From the IMG/VR virus record IMGVR_UViG_3300006754_000007: DNA of 64,000 bases. One strand, given 5' to 3'. Made by a program: the position numbers and the translations under genes. Position 1 is the stretch's first letter; each line of letters begins with the position of its first letter. Shown one piece after another: positions 38,274 through 47,470 of the stretch. A model generated the notes under the pieces. The model worked only from the letters and a program-made list of their open reading frames with translations. It did no database searches and was not told the origin of the DNA. The stretch is from an uncultured virus (IMG/VR IMGVR_UViG_3300006754_000007). Taxonomy: Duplodnaviria > Heunggongvirae > Uroviricota > Caudoviricetes.

Positions 38274-38762
38274 CTACCACCATGCCCCCAGCTTTGCTTG
38301 AGTACTGCCAAGGTCCCAATCCTCGATGGCTTCAAGAACCTTCGAGCATTGTTCGACCGACATCTTGCCGACCTTCCCCTTGAGCTTGGTGCGGGCCTTG
38401 TTGAGTTCAGAGACTTCCTTGAGGTTCTGGGAGTTACCAGCGCGTACAGCAACCCAGAGGGTAGCCCTACGTCCAGAACGGGTTGTACCCTTGTGCCCAG
38501 AGTCAGCAACGAGGCCCTGCTTGACCAGTTCACCCCTACGAGCGGTGTAGGTGGTGTGCTTCATGTCGAGAGCTACCTCTGCCCCATCATCCGTGGTGCC
38601 TGAAGCCCCACAGGACACGATGTACTGGTACACCCGCCTACGCAGCCTACCAGCAACGTCAGCGATGGCTTCAGCGGCCTCCAGGGAGGTCACGGACCCC
38701 TTGGTGTAAGGGGCACCCACTCCTCCTACCTTGGTTCCGAAGAGGTCAAAGAGATCAGACAT
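38274..38762 (-). CDS. Winged-helix DNA-binding protein
   Basis: TSLEAA..RVYQYI..GTTDD..TARRGELVKQGLV..TRSGR.A.LW. Confidence 0.7.
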   Translation of the reverse strand: MSDLFDLFGTKVGGVGAPYTKGSVTSLEAAEAIADVAGRLRRRVYQYIVSCGASGTTDDGAEVALDMKHTTYTARRGELVKQGLVADSGHKGTTRSGRRATLWVAVRAGNSQNLKEVSELNKARTKLKGKVGKMSVEQCSKVLEAIEDWDLGSTQAKLGAWW

Positions 38763-38946
38763 TTGTGCTCCGGGACAAAATCCATGCACGACCACGATCT
38801 GTGAGAACCCAACCGTGCTTCTTGTCCCCGGTAACGAAGTTCTTCTTAGCGAGCCTCTCCAGAGTGGCGCGAGGCCGAAAGACAGGCTCAGAGCTTCGTT
38901 GAAGGATGTCCAACACACGTTCCTGGACGTCAGTGATCTTGACCAT
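38755..38946 (-). CDS. Small winged-helix-like protein
   Basis: TLERLAKKNFV..WVLTDRG; class I variant at 38967-38992. Confidence 0.6.
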   Translation of the reverse strand: MVKITDVQERVLDILQRSSEPVFRPRATLERLAKKNFVTGDKKHGWVLTDRGRAWILSRSTNV

Positions 38947-39022
38947 GTAGTAAGTCTCTCCCTCTCTACGCTGTGCGGCCCGTAGGAGAACCCCCCTACC
39001 TCTACCTACCTCTTACCTCTAC

Positions 39023-39664
39023 TTACCTATCTCTTAGGAAGGAAGCCATACCCGTAGGTGAGAGAGATGGCGGGCGTTTAGCGACCCCTTGGGGAAGGTC
39101 CATTGAGGTCTCTACCGAGAGGGAGCGGGCAATACGTTGAATCCCAGAGAGCGGGATTCCGATTCTCTTGAGGGTACGCCACAGTGCTTCACGACTGGAG
39201 AGCTTCCCACCAGGGTGACGAGAGAGGTCCGTGTACTTGCGAGAGATGAAGAGAAGGCACTGCTCAGAGAACCCATCCTTTGGGCTGCATACCAGCTTGC
39301 CAGCTTCTTCCCAGAGCTTCAGGGCACTCCAGCAGTCATCCCATAGGGCATCAGGCATGAGGCTTGAAGCAAGAGGGGAGTCTTCGATGGCTCCTTTGGC
39401 GTCAGCGATAGAAGCCCTGAGCACCTCGGAGGATTTCCACCCTGTCCACAAGCAGGTGTGGATAAGCGCACGGTCCCGGTAGGGCAGCCACCAAGTAGGG
39501 GTTGCTTCGAGAACCTTCTGGGTCTTGGGGCGTGACTCGTACTGGAGAGCCTCGAAGTTGAGCACCCCTACGCACTGGGACACCTCGGCCAATAGGTGCG
39601 GATAGCTGTATAGGTCCAGGTCCGGTTTCTCGGACTCTACGATGTTACCTAAGAGTAGTTTCAT
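39023..39664 (-). CDS. Degenerate/truncated tyrosine recombinase-like protein
   Basis: RDRALIHTCLWTGWKSSEVL..D..LFISRK; no HxxR or catalytic Tyr box visible. Confidence 0.55.
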   Translation of the reverse strand: MKLLLGNIVESEKPDLDLYSYPHLLAEVSQCVGVLNFEALQYESRPKTQKVLEATPTWWLPYRDRALIHTCLWTGWKSSEVLRASIADAKGAIEDSPLASSLMPDALWDDCWSALKLWEEAGKLVCSPKDGFSEQCLLFISRKYTDLSRHPGGKLSSREALWRTLKRIGIPLSGIQRIARSLSVETSMDLPQGVAKRPPSLSPTGMASFLRDR

Positions 39665-39676
39665 GGGGGTTGGGCA

Positions 39677-40153
39677 TGTTACCTGACGTATGCTTCGACA
39701 ATAGCAACCCCTGATAGCAGCCCGCAATCAACGATTCATAACGTCAGGTAACAAGCTGAGACGGAAATCGTAAAGCAACGGGGTTGAATCAAATCGCGCT
39801 GGGCCTGGGCTGTGTAGATTCCGACACAGCCCGTGTAGAAATCTACACAGGTCATGACCCTGGCACGCATCGTCCAGGACGATGCGTGCGGTCTGCTTCA
39901 GGGGCTTTAGCTAATAGCCTTATTTATCTGTAGGACACCAGTGTCCTCCCCTGGGGACAAAAGCGGATCCCTCCCCAAAGCAGAAGCCCTTGTTGAAACC
40001 ACTGCCGGTGGTGGCGCTGACCATGGGCCGCTGGCCTTTCGTGTCACCTACTGTCACCTGCTGTCGTCTCGTGTCGTCTCCAGACAGGTGGGTATGACTC
40101 CTGCGCTGCTTCAGATCACCACTGCCGGTGGTGTTGGGCCACTGCCGGTGGTG
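39677..40153. repeat. Cluster of inverted and direct repeats
   Basis: TGTTACCTGACGT (39677)/ACGTCAGGTAACA (39741); palindromes 39833-39848 and 39863-39889; CCACTGCCGGTGGTG three times. Confidence 0.8.
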
Positions 40154-40969
40154 AGCCTCTTGCTTTCGTAGGGCAAGAGGTGAAGCCTATGCCTGACTAC
40201 CCTCAACGAATCTGCCCAGCCTGCGGACAAGACGCCGTCAAGGTTGCCCGTGCTTTCGGTTCCTGCGCCAAGCTCTCAGTGTGGTGGGACCAAGCCAAGC
40301 CCGTCATCCAGAGCGGAGAGGCGGCACACGAGTTGGCTGGAATCGTCATGGTGGCTCGTGCAGCCCTCGGGCTGCTCACCAAGAAACCGGACTCCAGCGG
40401 CTCTGAGTAAGGGTTGTACCCTATAGAGGTACGGCGTCTTCGAGTCGGGAACCCATCTCTACGAGAAGTTCTTCGAGGGCTGCGACACGCCTCTCAAGTT
40501 GGAGGATGCGAACGTCCTGGACCTTGTGGGCAACGAGGTGCTCCTCGCGTGTGGACTCACAGAGCGGCTCGATGTCCATCCTGCGCCAACAGACGAAGCC
40601 GTACTTCCCTCGCTTGCCTTCCCCTACCCTCTCGACCAGCCCCTTCTTCTCCAGGTACGTCAAGGCTGAGGCTGCTCGGTTCACCCCCCAGGATGTCTTC
40701 CCGTTCTTGTTGACATACCTCGCCTCAAAGCCAAGGAAGTCGGCAATCTCAGCGGTGGTCGGCGTGAAGGTCGGCCCTTGTTCGTAGAGCCAGTCCAGGA
40801 GAGCCGATTGCTGTGTCCCCGGTTTGACGTTGGGCCATGCAGGAATGACGCACCTCCAGGCCCGCTTCCTCACTGCTACTACGCAGCCTGGGCCTGGGTT
40901 CGACCCCCCAGACGTGGTGGACCCCACCCCAGAACATGCTGAGGTGGGGTCCTGCCTGACCTTGGAGGC

Positions 40970-41776
40970 TCAGGCTACCAGGGCGTCGAGGGCTTCCTGT
41001 ACGCGGTCGGCGTTGAAGCTGACTGCACCGTTGGTAGCGGCAGCAGCGGCTGCTCCACCAGCGTTCAGAATCCAGGAACCACCCTGCTCCAGGCGGTAGC
41101 TGACGTAGCGGCTGATGGGCAGGCGGCTACGCAGGGCGTTCTTGGCGATGGTCGCCACGACACTCTTGGCAGCAGGCTTGGGGCCGTTGGCAGCAGCGGT
41201 GATGACCTTGGAGCCGATGAGCAGACCAGACAGGTTGACCTGACCGTTCTTGGGGGCGCGGTTGTCACCGGAGCAGTCGCGGCACTTGCACTCGTGTGCA
41301 GGGTCGTTGGCTACGCAGCGGTAGACCCGTGCGCCACGGACGGTCTGAAGGTTGCCGTCGTCGTGCAGGACCTGGAGGGCCTCGTACACATGGTCGGTCG
41401 TGGCACTGTTGGTGCCCGCCAGAGTCTTCTGGAAGGAGTCAACGAGGGCGTCACGAGCGGCAACGTAGTCAGCCTGCGTGAGGGCCACGAGGTTCGCGGT
41501 CTTCTTGCGGCTGTCGTAGCCTTCCCGACCGTCGGCCACGAGGGCAGCGAGGTCAGCAGCAGACAGGGCCTGGAGCTTGGCGAGTGAACGCTCGACCAGA
41601 CTCATGTAGCTGAAGCCAGTGATGATGACGGCGTGAACGGTGTCGTCGCCGTAGAGGGTTCCACCGACAACCTTGCCACGCTTGGTGGTGATCAGGCCGG
41701 TGAACGTGCCGTTCCGAGAATCCGCGAGTGCGGCTGCGGTGGCGAAAGAGGATGCGTTGGTGGCGTCGATTGCCAT
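40970..41776 (-). CDS. Ala-rich hypothetical protein with Cys cluster
   Basis: AGGAG RBS; class I motif 41841-41866; terminator-like hairpin at about 40918-40952. Confidence 0.75.
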   Translation of the reverse strand: MAIDATNASSFATAAALADSRNGTFTGLITTKRGKVVGGTLYGDDTVHAVIITGFSYMSLVERSLAKLQALSAADLAALVADGREGYDSRKKTANLVALTQADYVAARDALVDSFQKTLAGTNSATTDHVYEALQVLHDDGNLQTVRGARVYRCVANDPAHECKCRDCSGDNRAPKNGQVNLSGLLIGSKVITAAANGPKPAAKSVVATIAKNALRSRLPISRYVSYRLEQGGSWILNAGGAAAAAATNGAVSFNADRVQEALDALVA

Positions 41777-42135
41777 GTTGGACTCCTGTGGCCTACACCC
41801 GAGTGGGTTGAGGCGCTGGGTTTATGTTCTCTAAGCTCTCTACGGGGAGGGCACCTTGGGGGAACCCCCCTCTACAAAGAATCTCAGAATCGGGCCTGCC
41901 AAGGGCTGGAAGCGCGATTTCTTTCATGCCTCTGCCATGATGGCGTGGAAGTAAACGCTGATTACGTCGTTCGGGATTGCGGGCATCACGCTCGTGGTCA
42001 CGACCCACTGGTGCAACTCGGAGTCGTACCGCATCGCGGTTGTCTGCGGCATCCTCTGTCCGTGGTGGACACGCCGGAACTGGCGGTCGAGGCCAATGCT
42101 CATCGCCAGGAGCCAGCCAATGTCAGGGCAGCGGA

Positions 42136-42438
42136 TCACTTGGCGCTCCCGAGGCTGAGTACGAGGCGGGCGAGGTGAATCAGGTCAACCTCGATGGCGT
42201 TGTTGCCCTGCCAGATCCCGTTGAGGGCGTAGGAGGCAATCAACTGGGCTTCCGCGAGGGTGCCCTTCTTGGGTGATTGGTCCAGGCTGAGCATGGTTTC
42301 CCGGTTTTCGATGATGGCGTCCAGGACGCGGGAGATGTCGCAACCCTCTCGCAGGAGGGACTGCGCCCTGCGCTCGATGTCCTCTTCCGAGAAGTGAGCC
42401 GGGGCGGTCAGGCGAGCCAGTTCGAGAGCGTCGGTCAT
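42136..42438 (-). CDS. Hypothetical protein
   Basis: AAGGAG RBS; class I motif 42459-42484. Confidence 0.65.
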   Translation of the reverse strand: MTDALELARLTAPAHFSEEDIERRAQSLLREGCDISRVLDAIIENRETMLSLDQSPKKGTLAEAQLIASYALNGIWQGNNAIEVDLIHLARLVLSLGSAK

Positions 42439-42528
42439 GATGTTCTCCTTAGGCTCCCTACGGAAGGACTTGTGTGTGGGAACCCTCTGCTGCACTGAAC
42501 GGTTGGGGTGCCGGGAAGCGGACATGGG

Positions 42529-42803
42529 TCTTTGGCATTCAGGTAAGTGCGCTGTGAGAACCAAGCTGCTCGGCTTCATCCTGGATAGGAACTCCACAGA
42601 GTGAGCAAGGCTTCTGTCCCTCCGTAGACTCCCGCCTACGAATGCTGCTGCGACGTTTGCAACCGCCGCAGGGACCTTCACCCAATCCCAGCCCACTCTC
42701 TTTGTAGGGGTCTGACAGGTCTTGCCTGGGTCACGACTGGCTCCGTATTGAGGAGGGCCGTGCCTATTGGGCGCTCAAAACGCACTTACCTGAATGTCAA
42801 AGA
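42529..42803. repeat. 275-bp element bounded by 23-bp inverted repeats (one mismatch); candidate ncRNA
   Basis: TCTTTGGCATTCAGGTAAGTGCG ... CGCACTTACCTGAATGTCAAAGA; minus-strand class I motif at 42915-42940. Confidence 0.7.
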
Positions 42804-42948
42804 GAGAAAGGGGTGGCTGGCCTCCTCCTCCGCTCAAGAACCTACTGGCAGGATGCGGGGAGGCCGAAAGACACCGTAGCAACTTCTCGGACTGTCTTTC
42901 TTGCCTGCTCTCCATACGGAGGCGGCTCCAGGCCGGAACCCCCCAAGC

Positions 42949-43374
42949 TCAGTATCGTTGTCGGTTGGCGTAGGAACGCTGTTCGATAGGGTAGGCGACA
43001 TAGGGGCGGGCCATCAGTTCTGCGACCCAAGACGGACGAGCCAACCGTAGACGATGCCGAAGTGCAAACGAGTTGGTTGGTTGGAACTCGTGGAGAGCGT
43101 GGGACAGCGTTCCACGGGCATATGCACCGCCTGTGCGCCCTCGCTCAACGCAGTTAGGACCATGCGTATCGAACAACTCAAGTTGTGCTCGATGCTGGCA
43201 TGGGAGGTGTGTGTAGTAGGAGCAGGTACATGAGGTGCCCCCCCACATCCAACTCTCGCTACGTCGCAACGTCATTTCCTCATGGAAGGCGCGGTCATAC
43301 GCCGAGAGGACTCTCTCCGGTACGTCTTGCACCGGGTTGGTTGCCATGAAGCTGAATGTCTGTTGAAGGGTCAT
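42949..43374 (-). CDS. SWIM-like zinc-finger protein
   Basis: SCTCSYYTHLPCQH; class I motif 43383-43408. Confidence 0.55.
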   Translation of the reverse strand: MTLQQTFSFMATNPVQDVPERVLSAYDRAFHEEMTLRRSESWMWGGTSCTCSYYTHLPCQHRAQLELFDTHGPNCVERGRTGGAYARGTLSHALHEFQPTNSFALRHRLRLARPSWVAELMARPYVAYPIEQRSYANRQRY

Positions 43375-43411
43375 ACACCGACTACGAGTGGGCCTCGATT
43401 CGGGAACCCCC

Positions 43412-44845
43412 TCAGGCAGTCTTCCTGCGTCCCTTCAGTTGCTTCATCTTGCCGTCGAAGGTTGCGGCCTTGCTCTGGGACGGGAACACGATCTCTTCCA
43501 GCACATCCAGCAGCTTCTTGGGAAGCTCGCTGAGGGTGTGGCACTGAACCGAGAGGTCGAAGTGGCTGCCGACTGCCTCACAGCCTCCGTCAATGCCGAT
43601 GCCCACGATGGCGATGCCCGCTTCTCGGGCGATTCGGATCTGACGACGCATGACCTCTGCGTGTCCACCGTTCGGGTAGCCGTCAGTGATGACCAGCATG
43701 ACCCTGTGGCGCTCTGTGCGGTCACTGAGGCTCTGGAGAGCGTACTGGATGCCGTCTGACATGGGCGTGCCGCCAGTGGCCCGTGTACGGGCGATACGGG
43801 GCATTACCTTGCGCCACTTCTCGTCCCACTGCTTGAACACGTCGATGCGGATGCCGCTGTAGCGGTGGAAGATCATCTGCCCGTTGCTGTCGTACATCTC
43901 CTGGTGCGAGGGATGGTTGCGACCACCACCGTCACGGAAGCCGAGAGCCATGACCGGAGCGCCTACGGCATCCAGCGGCTCGGCAATCGCTGCCATAGCG
44001 CGAGAGGCATCGCCCAGGTGAGAGGACATGGAGCCAGACTCATCAAGCACGATGGCAACTGCCAAGGAGCAGTCCGGCTTCCTGACCTTGGTGTAGTCGG
44101 GGCGTGTGGGGCGTGAGCCTGCCCGGACCTCAACCATGGACTGAACCAGACGGCGCTCAGAGAGGCCACGTCCGTTCTGCACACCGTGGATGGTCCTGGG
44201 GGCACGGTTCTGGAGGAACTTGGAGCGGAGGCGCGAGCGGATGGCTGCGACTTCCTTCTTCACCGAGTTGGAGATGCGTCGAGCAACGTCCTTGTCACCT
44301 GAGCGAGTCTGGACAAGCTCCACGGTGTCGAACTCACGGTCATAGGGTCGCCAGGGACGCTCACCTGCTTCGCAGTCTTGGTCCTTGTCCCGAAGCTCTT
44401 CCAGGGCATTCCCAAGAGCGCCGTTGTTGTCTGCGAGGCCACTGTCCTCGTTGTTCTCGATGGCCTGGAGCAGAGCTTGGGCAATCGCACGGTCATCACG
44501 GGCAGAGCCAGAGTCACAGTGACCGCCAGCGCCAGTGGAGTGTTCGGTAGAAGAGGTCTGGTCGGACTCGCCAATCTCACCGGAGAACTCGTTCCCAGGC
44601 TTGCCCTTACCCTTGCCGTCCTTGCCGTCCTTGCCGTCTTCGGGGCAGTCAGGCTGGTCAGCGTCGTTGTCGCCTCCACCCTTGCCGTCCTTGCCTTCAC
44701 CTTCTTCGCCGTCCTTGCCCTTACCGGACTCGTCCCCGTCCTTGCCTTCACCATCCGTACCTTCGCCACCCTCACCATCGTTGATGAGCATGAGGTCTTC
44801 ATTGGTGCCAAAGATGGCTTCTCCGAGTCTGAGCAGAATCGACAT
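43412..44845 (-). CDS. VWA-domain protein (CobT C-terminal-like) with acidic Gly-rich linker
   Basis: AIVLDESGSM MIDAS, GGTPM, VITDGYP; class I motif 44866-44891. Confidence 0.85.
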   Translation of the reverse strand: MSILLRLGEAIFGTNEDLMLINDGEGGEGTDGEGKDGDESGKGKDGEEGEGKDGKGGGDNDADQPDCPEDGKDGKDGKGKGKPGNEFSGEIGESDQTSSTEHSTGAGGHCDSGSARDDRAIAQALLQAIENNEDSGLADNNGALGNALEELRDKDQDCEAGERPWRPYDREFDTVELVQTRSGDKDVARRISNSVKKEVAAIRSRLRSKFLQNRAPRTIHGVQNGRGLSERRLVQSMVEVRAGSRPTRPDYTKVRKPDCSLAVAIVLDESGSMSSHLGDASRAMAAIAEPLDAVGAPVMALGFRDGGGRNHPSHQEMYDSNGQMIFHRYSGIRIDVFKQWDEKWRKVMPRIARTRATGGTPMSDGIQYALQSLSDRTERHRVMLVITDGYPNGGHAEVMRRQIRIAREAGIAIVGIGIDGGCEAVGSHFDLSVQCHTLSELPKKLLDVLEEIVFPSQSKAATFDGKMKQLKGRRKTA

Positions 44846-44894
44846 GATGTTCTCCTTGTTCTCCTTACGGGCACAGCGAGAAGGGGGAACCCCC

Positions 44895-46250
44895 TCAGGC
44901 TGCATCCTCCACTACGGCAAACTGGAGGTCTTGGCGTCCCTCGCTGTCGGGCTGAGAGGCAGAAGTCACCTCAACCATCTTGCCAGCGTAGGGGCCGCTC
45001 TTGGCCTTAGCGCGATCACCGACCTTGAAGATGGGGAGCTTCTTGTCCTGGTCCTTACCGGAGCCTCCCTGACCGCTCTCACCGTCACCGGACTCTCCGT
45101 CTCCAGGCTGGCCTTCACCGTCACCGGATTCACCGGACTCGCCTTCCTGGCCTTGGGCACCGGGATCGTTGGGGTCCACCTTGATCTTGATGGACTCGCC
45201 ACCACCGCCACCGCCGCCACCCTCTTGCAACTCTTGCTCGAAGCCGCAGGCGTTGCAGTGGATGACCTTCTTGGAGGGCTGGAGCACCACATCCTTGCTT
45301 CCGCAGGAGGGGCACGTTGCTTCCTTGGGTTCACCGGGACCATCACCGTCGTCACCCTCGTCGTCACCGGGCTGGTCAGCCGGACCACCCAGAGCCACCA
45401 GCACAGCCACCACTTCCATGGCGAGCCACAGGTGCTCCATGTCATCGTTCGGTCCAAGGGCGATTGCGCGGTCCAGGAGGGCCTTCAGAGGGCCTTCAGT
45501 GACGAGGGCATACCCTTGGGGGCTGCGACGTTCGTACTGCGTGTAGGCGGCGTTCTGGAGCGTTGTATCGTAGCCCAAGCCCAGGTCCCGGAACGTCCCG
45601 ATGACCGCAGCCATATCGTCGTTCGTGGGGAGTCCACGGTGGGAAGCAGCCTCACGACCCTTCTCTTCCTGCATGAGGATGAGGTCTTGGAGAGCCTCCA
45701 TCTTGCGAGGGGCACCAGGGTACTTGCGGCAACCGCAGCGTTCGATGCGAATGTCCTCGATGATGTTGCCCCAGGTGAGCAGTGCCTTGACGTAGGGTGC
45801 CCAGTTCGGCACGAGGTCCCAGATGGTCTGGATGCGAGGCCACACGCTGGTGATGATGAGGTTCTTCCGTCGGCTGTACTCAGTGTGCCATGCCTCGTGG
45901 TAGCCACCACCGACCAGCGCATCCCGCATGAAGACAGAGAGGTTGTCAGGCGTGGAGGCGATGACGATCTCAGGGTGTTCCCAATGAGAGAGGTCTTCGT
46001 TGCCAACAAGGATCAGGGCACGGACTGTATCTTCCGTCAGCGGAGTGCTGGGGTTGTTCTTGGCCCACTTGCAGAAGGCAGCGGTGAACTGACGGGCAGG
46101 CCACTTGTCCTTGTTGTAGAAGTTCGCGCCCATCGAGCGCACGGAGCGCATACCTGCACCCAGCACAGCGTCCACAGTGGACTGGTGGGTGGCACGGTAC
46201 TTGGCTCCTGAGAGCCAGCGTTCGTCAGCTTTGTTGGGGCGAGGTGCCAT
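44895..46250 (-). CDS. CobT N-terminal-like HExxH protein with Zn ribbon and acidic linker
   Basis: GYHEAWHTEYS, NIIEDIRIE, CPSCG..CNACG; class I motif 46273-46298. Confidence 0.72.
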   Translation of the reverse strand: MAPRPNKADERWLSGAKYRATHQSTVDAVLGAGMRSVRSMGANFYNKDKWPARQFTAAFCKWAKNNPSTPLTEDTVRALILVGNEDLSHWEHPEIVIASTPDNLSVFMRDALVGGGYHEAWHTEYSRRKNLIITSVWPRIQTIWDLVPNWAPYVKALLTWGNIIEDIRIERCGCRKYPGAPRKMEALQDLILMQEEKGREAASHRGLPTNDDMAAVIGTFRDLGLGYDTTLQNAAYTQYERRSPQGYALVTEGPLKALLDRAIALGPNDDMEHLWLAMEVVAVLVALGGPADQPGDDEGDDGDGPGEPKEATCPSCGSKDVVLQPSKKVIHCNACGFEQELQEGGGGGGGGESIKIKVDPNDPGAQGQEGESGESGDGEGQPGDGESGDGESGQGGSGKDQDKKLPIFKVGDRAKAKSGPYAGKMVEVTSASQPDSEGRQDLQFAVVEDAA

Positions 46251-46271
46251 GTTGAGTTCTCCTTGGACTCT

Positions 46272-46763
46272 CTACGGGGTGCGACCAGTTGTGGAACCCC
46301 CTACCTTGACGTACTGCCATCCACCTTCTGACAGGCAGGCGCGTTCGCCAACGAAGACACGGTTCTTTTCTACTGCGCCTCTGAAAGTGTCGCAGAGGTC
46401 TCGCTCTCGTCCGTTGACGATGATTGCAGCCAGGGCAGCGTCACGACGGGTACGCCATCCCTTCTCCAGGTACACGCGAGGCATTGAGCAGGAGATGCTG
46501 ATGGAGCAATCAGGGTTCCTGACCCAACCGTTGTGGATGTCAGGTTGTCCGCTGTAGGAAGCGTACCAGAGGCCGTCGTCAGCCTTCTTCACTCTGACGC
46601 CGAAGCCGCCCCAGAAGAGGTTGGCGTGGTAGCCGTCTTCCTTGTTGCCGTAGAAGCACAGGCGGTTCGGCTGGCGTTTGCCGTTGTAGCTCTCAGCGAA
46701 CCGGACCTCAGGGATCACGAGTTCGTCGCGGGTGACAACAGCCTTGGGTCCGATGCGGGTCAT
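46272..46763 (-). CDS. Hypothetical protein
   Basis: GAGG RBS; class I motif 46783-46808. Confidence 0.65.
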   Translation of the reverse strand: MTRIGPKAVVTRDELVIPEVRFAESYNGKRQPNRLCFYGNKEDGYHANLFWGGFGVRVKKADDGLWYASYSGQPDIHNGWVRNPDCSISISCSMPRVYLEKGWRTRRDAALAAIIVNGRERDLCDTFRGAVEKNRVFVGERACLSEGGWQYVKVGGSTTGRTP

Positions 46764-46782
46764 GGTTACCTCTTGGACTCTC

Positions 46783-46846
46783 TACGACCGTTACGGGATT
46801 ACGGAACCCCGTTCTTGGGGGGTTCCCATATAGGAGACGTCCCGTA
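46783..46846. promoter_or_regulatory. Divergent pair of class I motifs
   Basis: Exact matches at 46783-46808 (minus) and 46821-46846 (plus). Confidence 0.72.
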
Positions 46847-46866
46847 GAGGGTTCAAGGAGGTCACC

Positions 46867-47004
46867 ATGACCAAGCTCACCATGCTCAGCATCAATGGCC
46901 GCACCATCTTCGTTCGCCTGCCCGTTGGCAAGGACGGCAAGGTTCGCGCTGACATCTACCGCCTGTTCGGCCTGCGCCGAGGAGACTGCGTCTACGGTCG
47001 CTGA
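46867..47004 (+). CDS. 45-aa peptide (not in ORF track)
   Basis: AAGGAGG RBS; MTKLTMLSINGRTIFVRLPVGKDGKV.. Confidence 0.6.
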   Translation: MTKLTMLSINGRTIFVRLPVGKDGKVRADIYRLFGLRRGDCVYGR

Positions 47005-47051
47005 GGGGGTTCCGACTCCTTCAGAGATCCGTAGAGTGCGTAGGAGATACA

Positions 47052-47225
47052 ATGCTACGGCCCTGGCAAATCGAGAAGTTGGAAGAAGCCCGACGCGAGC
47101 GCGAGCAGCAGGAACGCCCTGTCTTGCGCCTCCCGCTTCCTCCCCCTCCTCGCCGGGAGCGTCCCTCCAGCCACGAGCCTCAGAAAGAGCAGCGTGGCAT
47201 GACCATCATCGACTTCAGCCTTTAG
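47052..47225 (+). CDS. 57-aa peptide (not in ORF track)
   Basis: Class I motif 47008-47033, AGGAG RBS; MLRPWQIEKLEEARRERE..RPVLRLPLPPP..RGMTIIDFSL. Confidence 0.65.
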   Translation: MLRPWQIEKLEEARREREQQERPVLRLPLPPPPRRERPSSHEPQKEQRGMTIIDFSL

Positions 47226-47234
47226 GAGGCACCC

Positions 47235-47375
47235 ATGTGGGAAATCACTTTCATTGATAGCGGCACAACCGTCCACTGGAGCACTCGCAAGTGCCACAGC
47301 CACTTCGGTAAGGCCGAGTTCCAAGAGATCGCCCAAGGCTACGCTCCGCACATCGTTGCGGTGAAAGTTAGCTGA
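47235..47375 (+). CDS. 46-aa peptide (not in ORF track)
   Basis: AGGAGG RBS; MWEITFIDSG.. Confidence 0.6.
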   Translation: MWEITFIDSGTTVHWSTRKCHSHFGKAEFQEIAQGYAPHIVAVKVS

Positions 47376-47470
47376 GGGGGGTTCCCCAAATCTGCACCCT
47401 GCGTATGGAGTGTAGAGACAGACCGAAACCCTGGTAGCCCACCCTCTGGGCGGCTCATAGGAGATAAGAC

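Noticed and set aside
40855..40912. GGTTCGACCC T-loop-like sequence as a tRNA
   Set aside because: No convincing cloverleaf or acceptor stem
44600..44770. CTTGCCGTC repeats
   Set aside because: Explained by the DGK-rich low-complexity linker of the VWA protein
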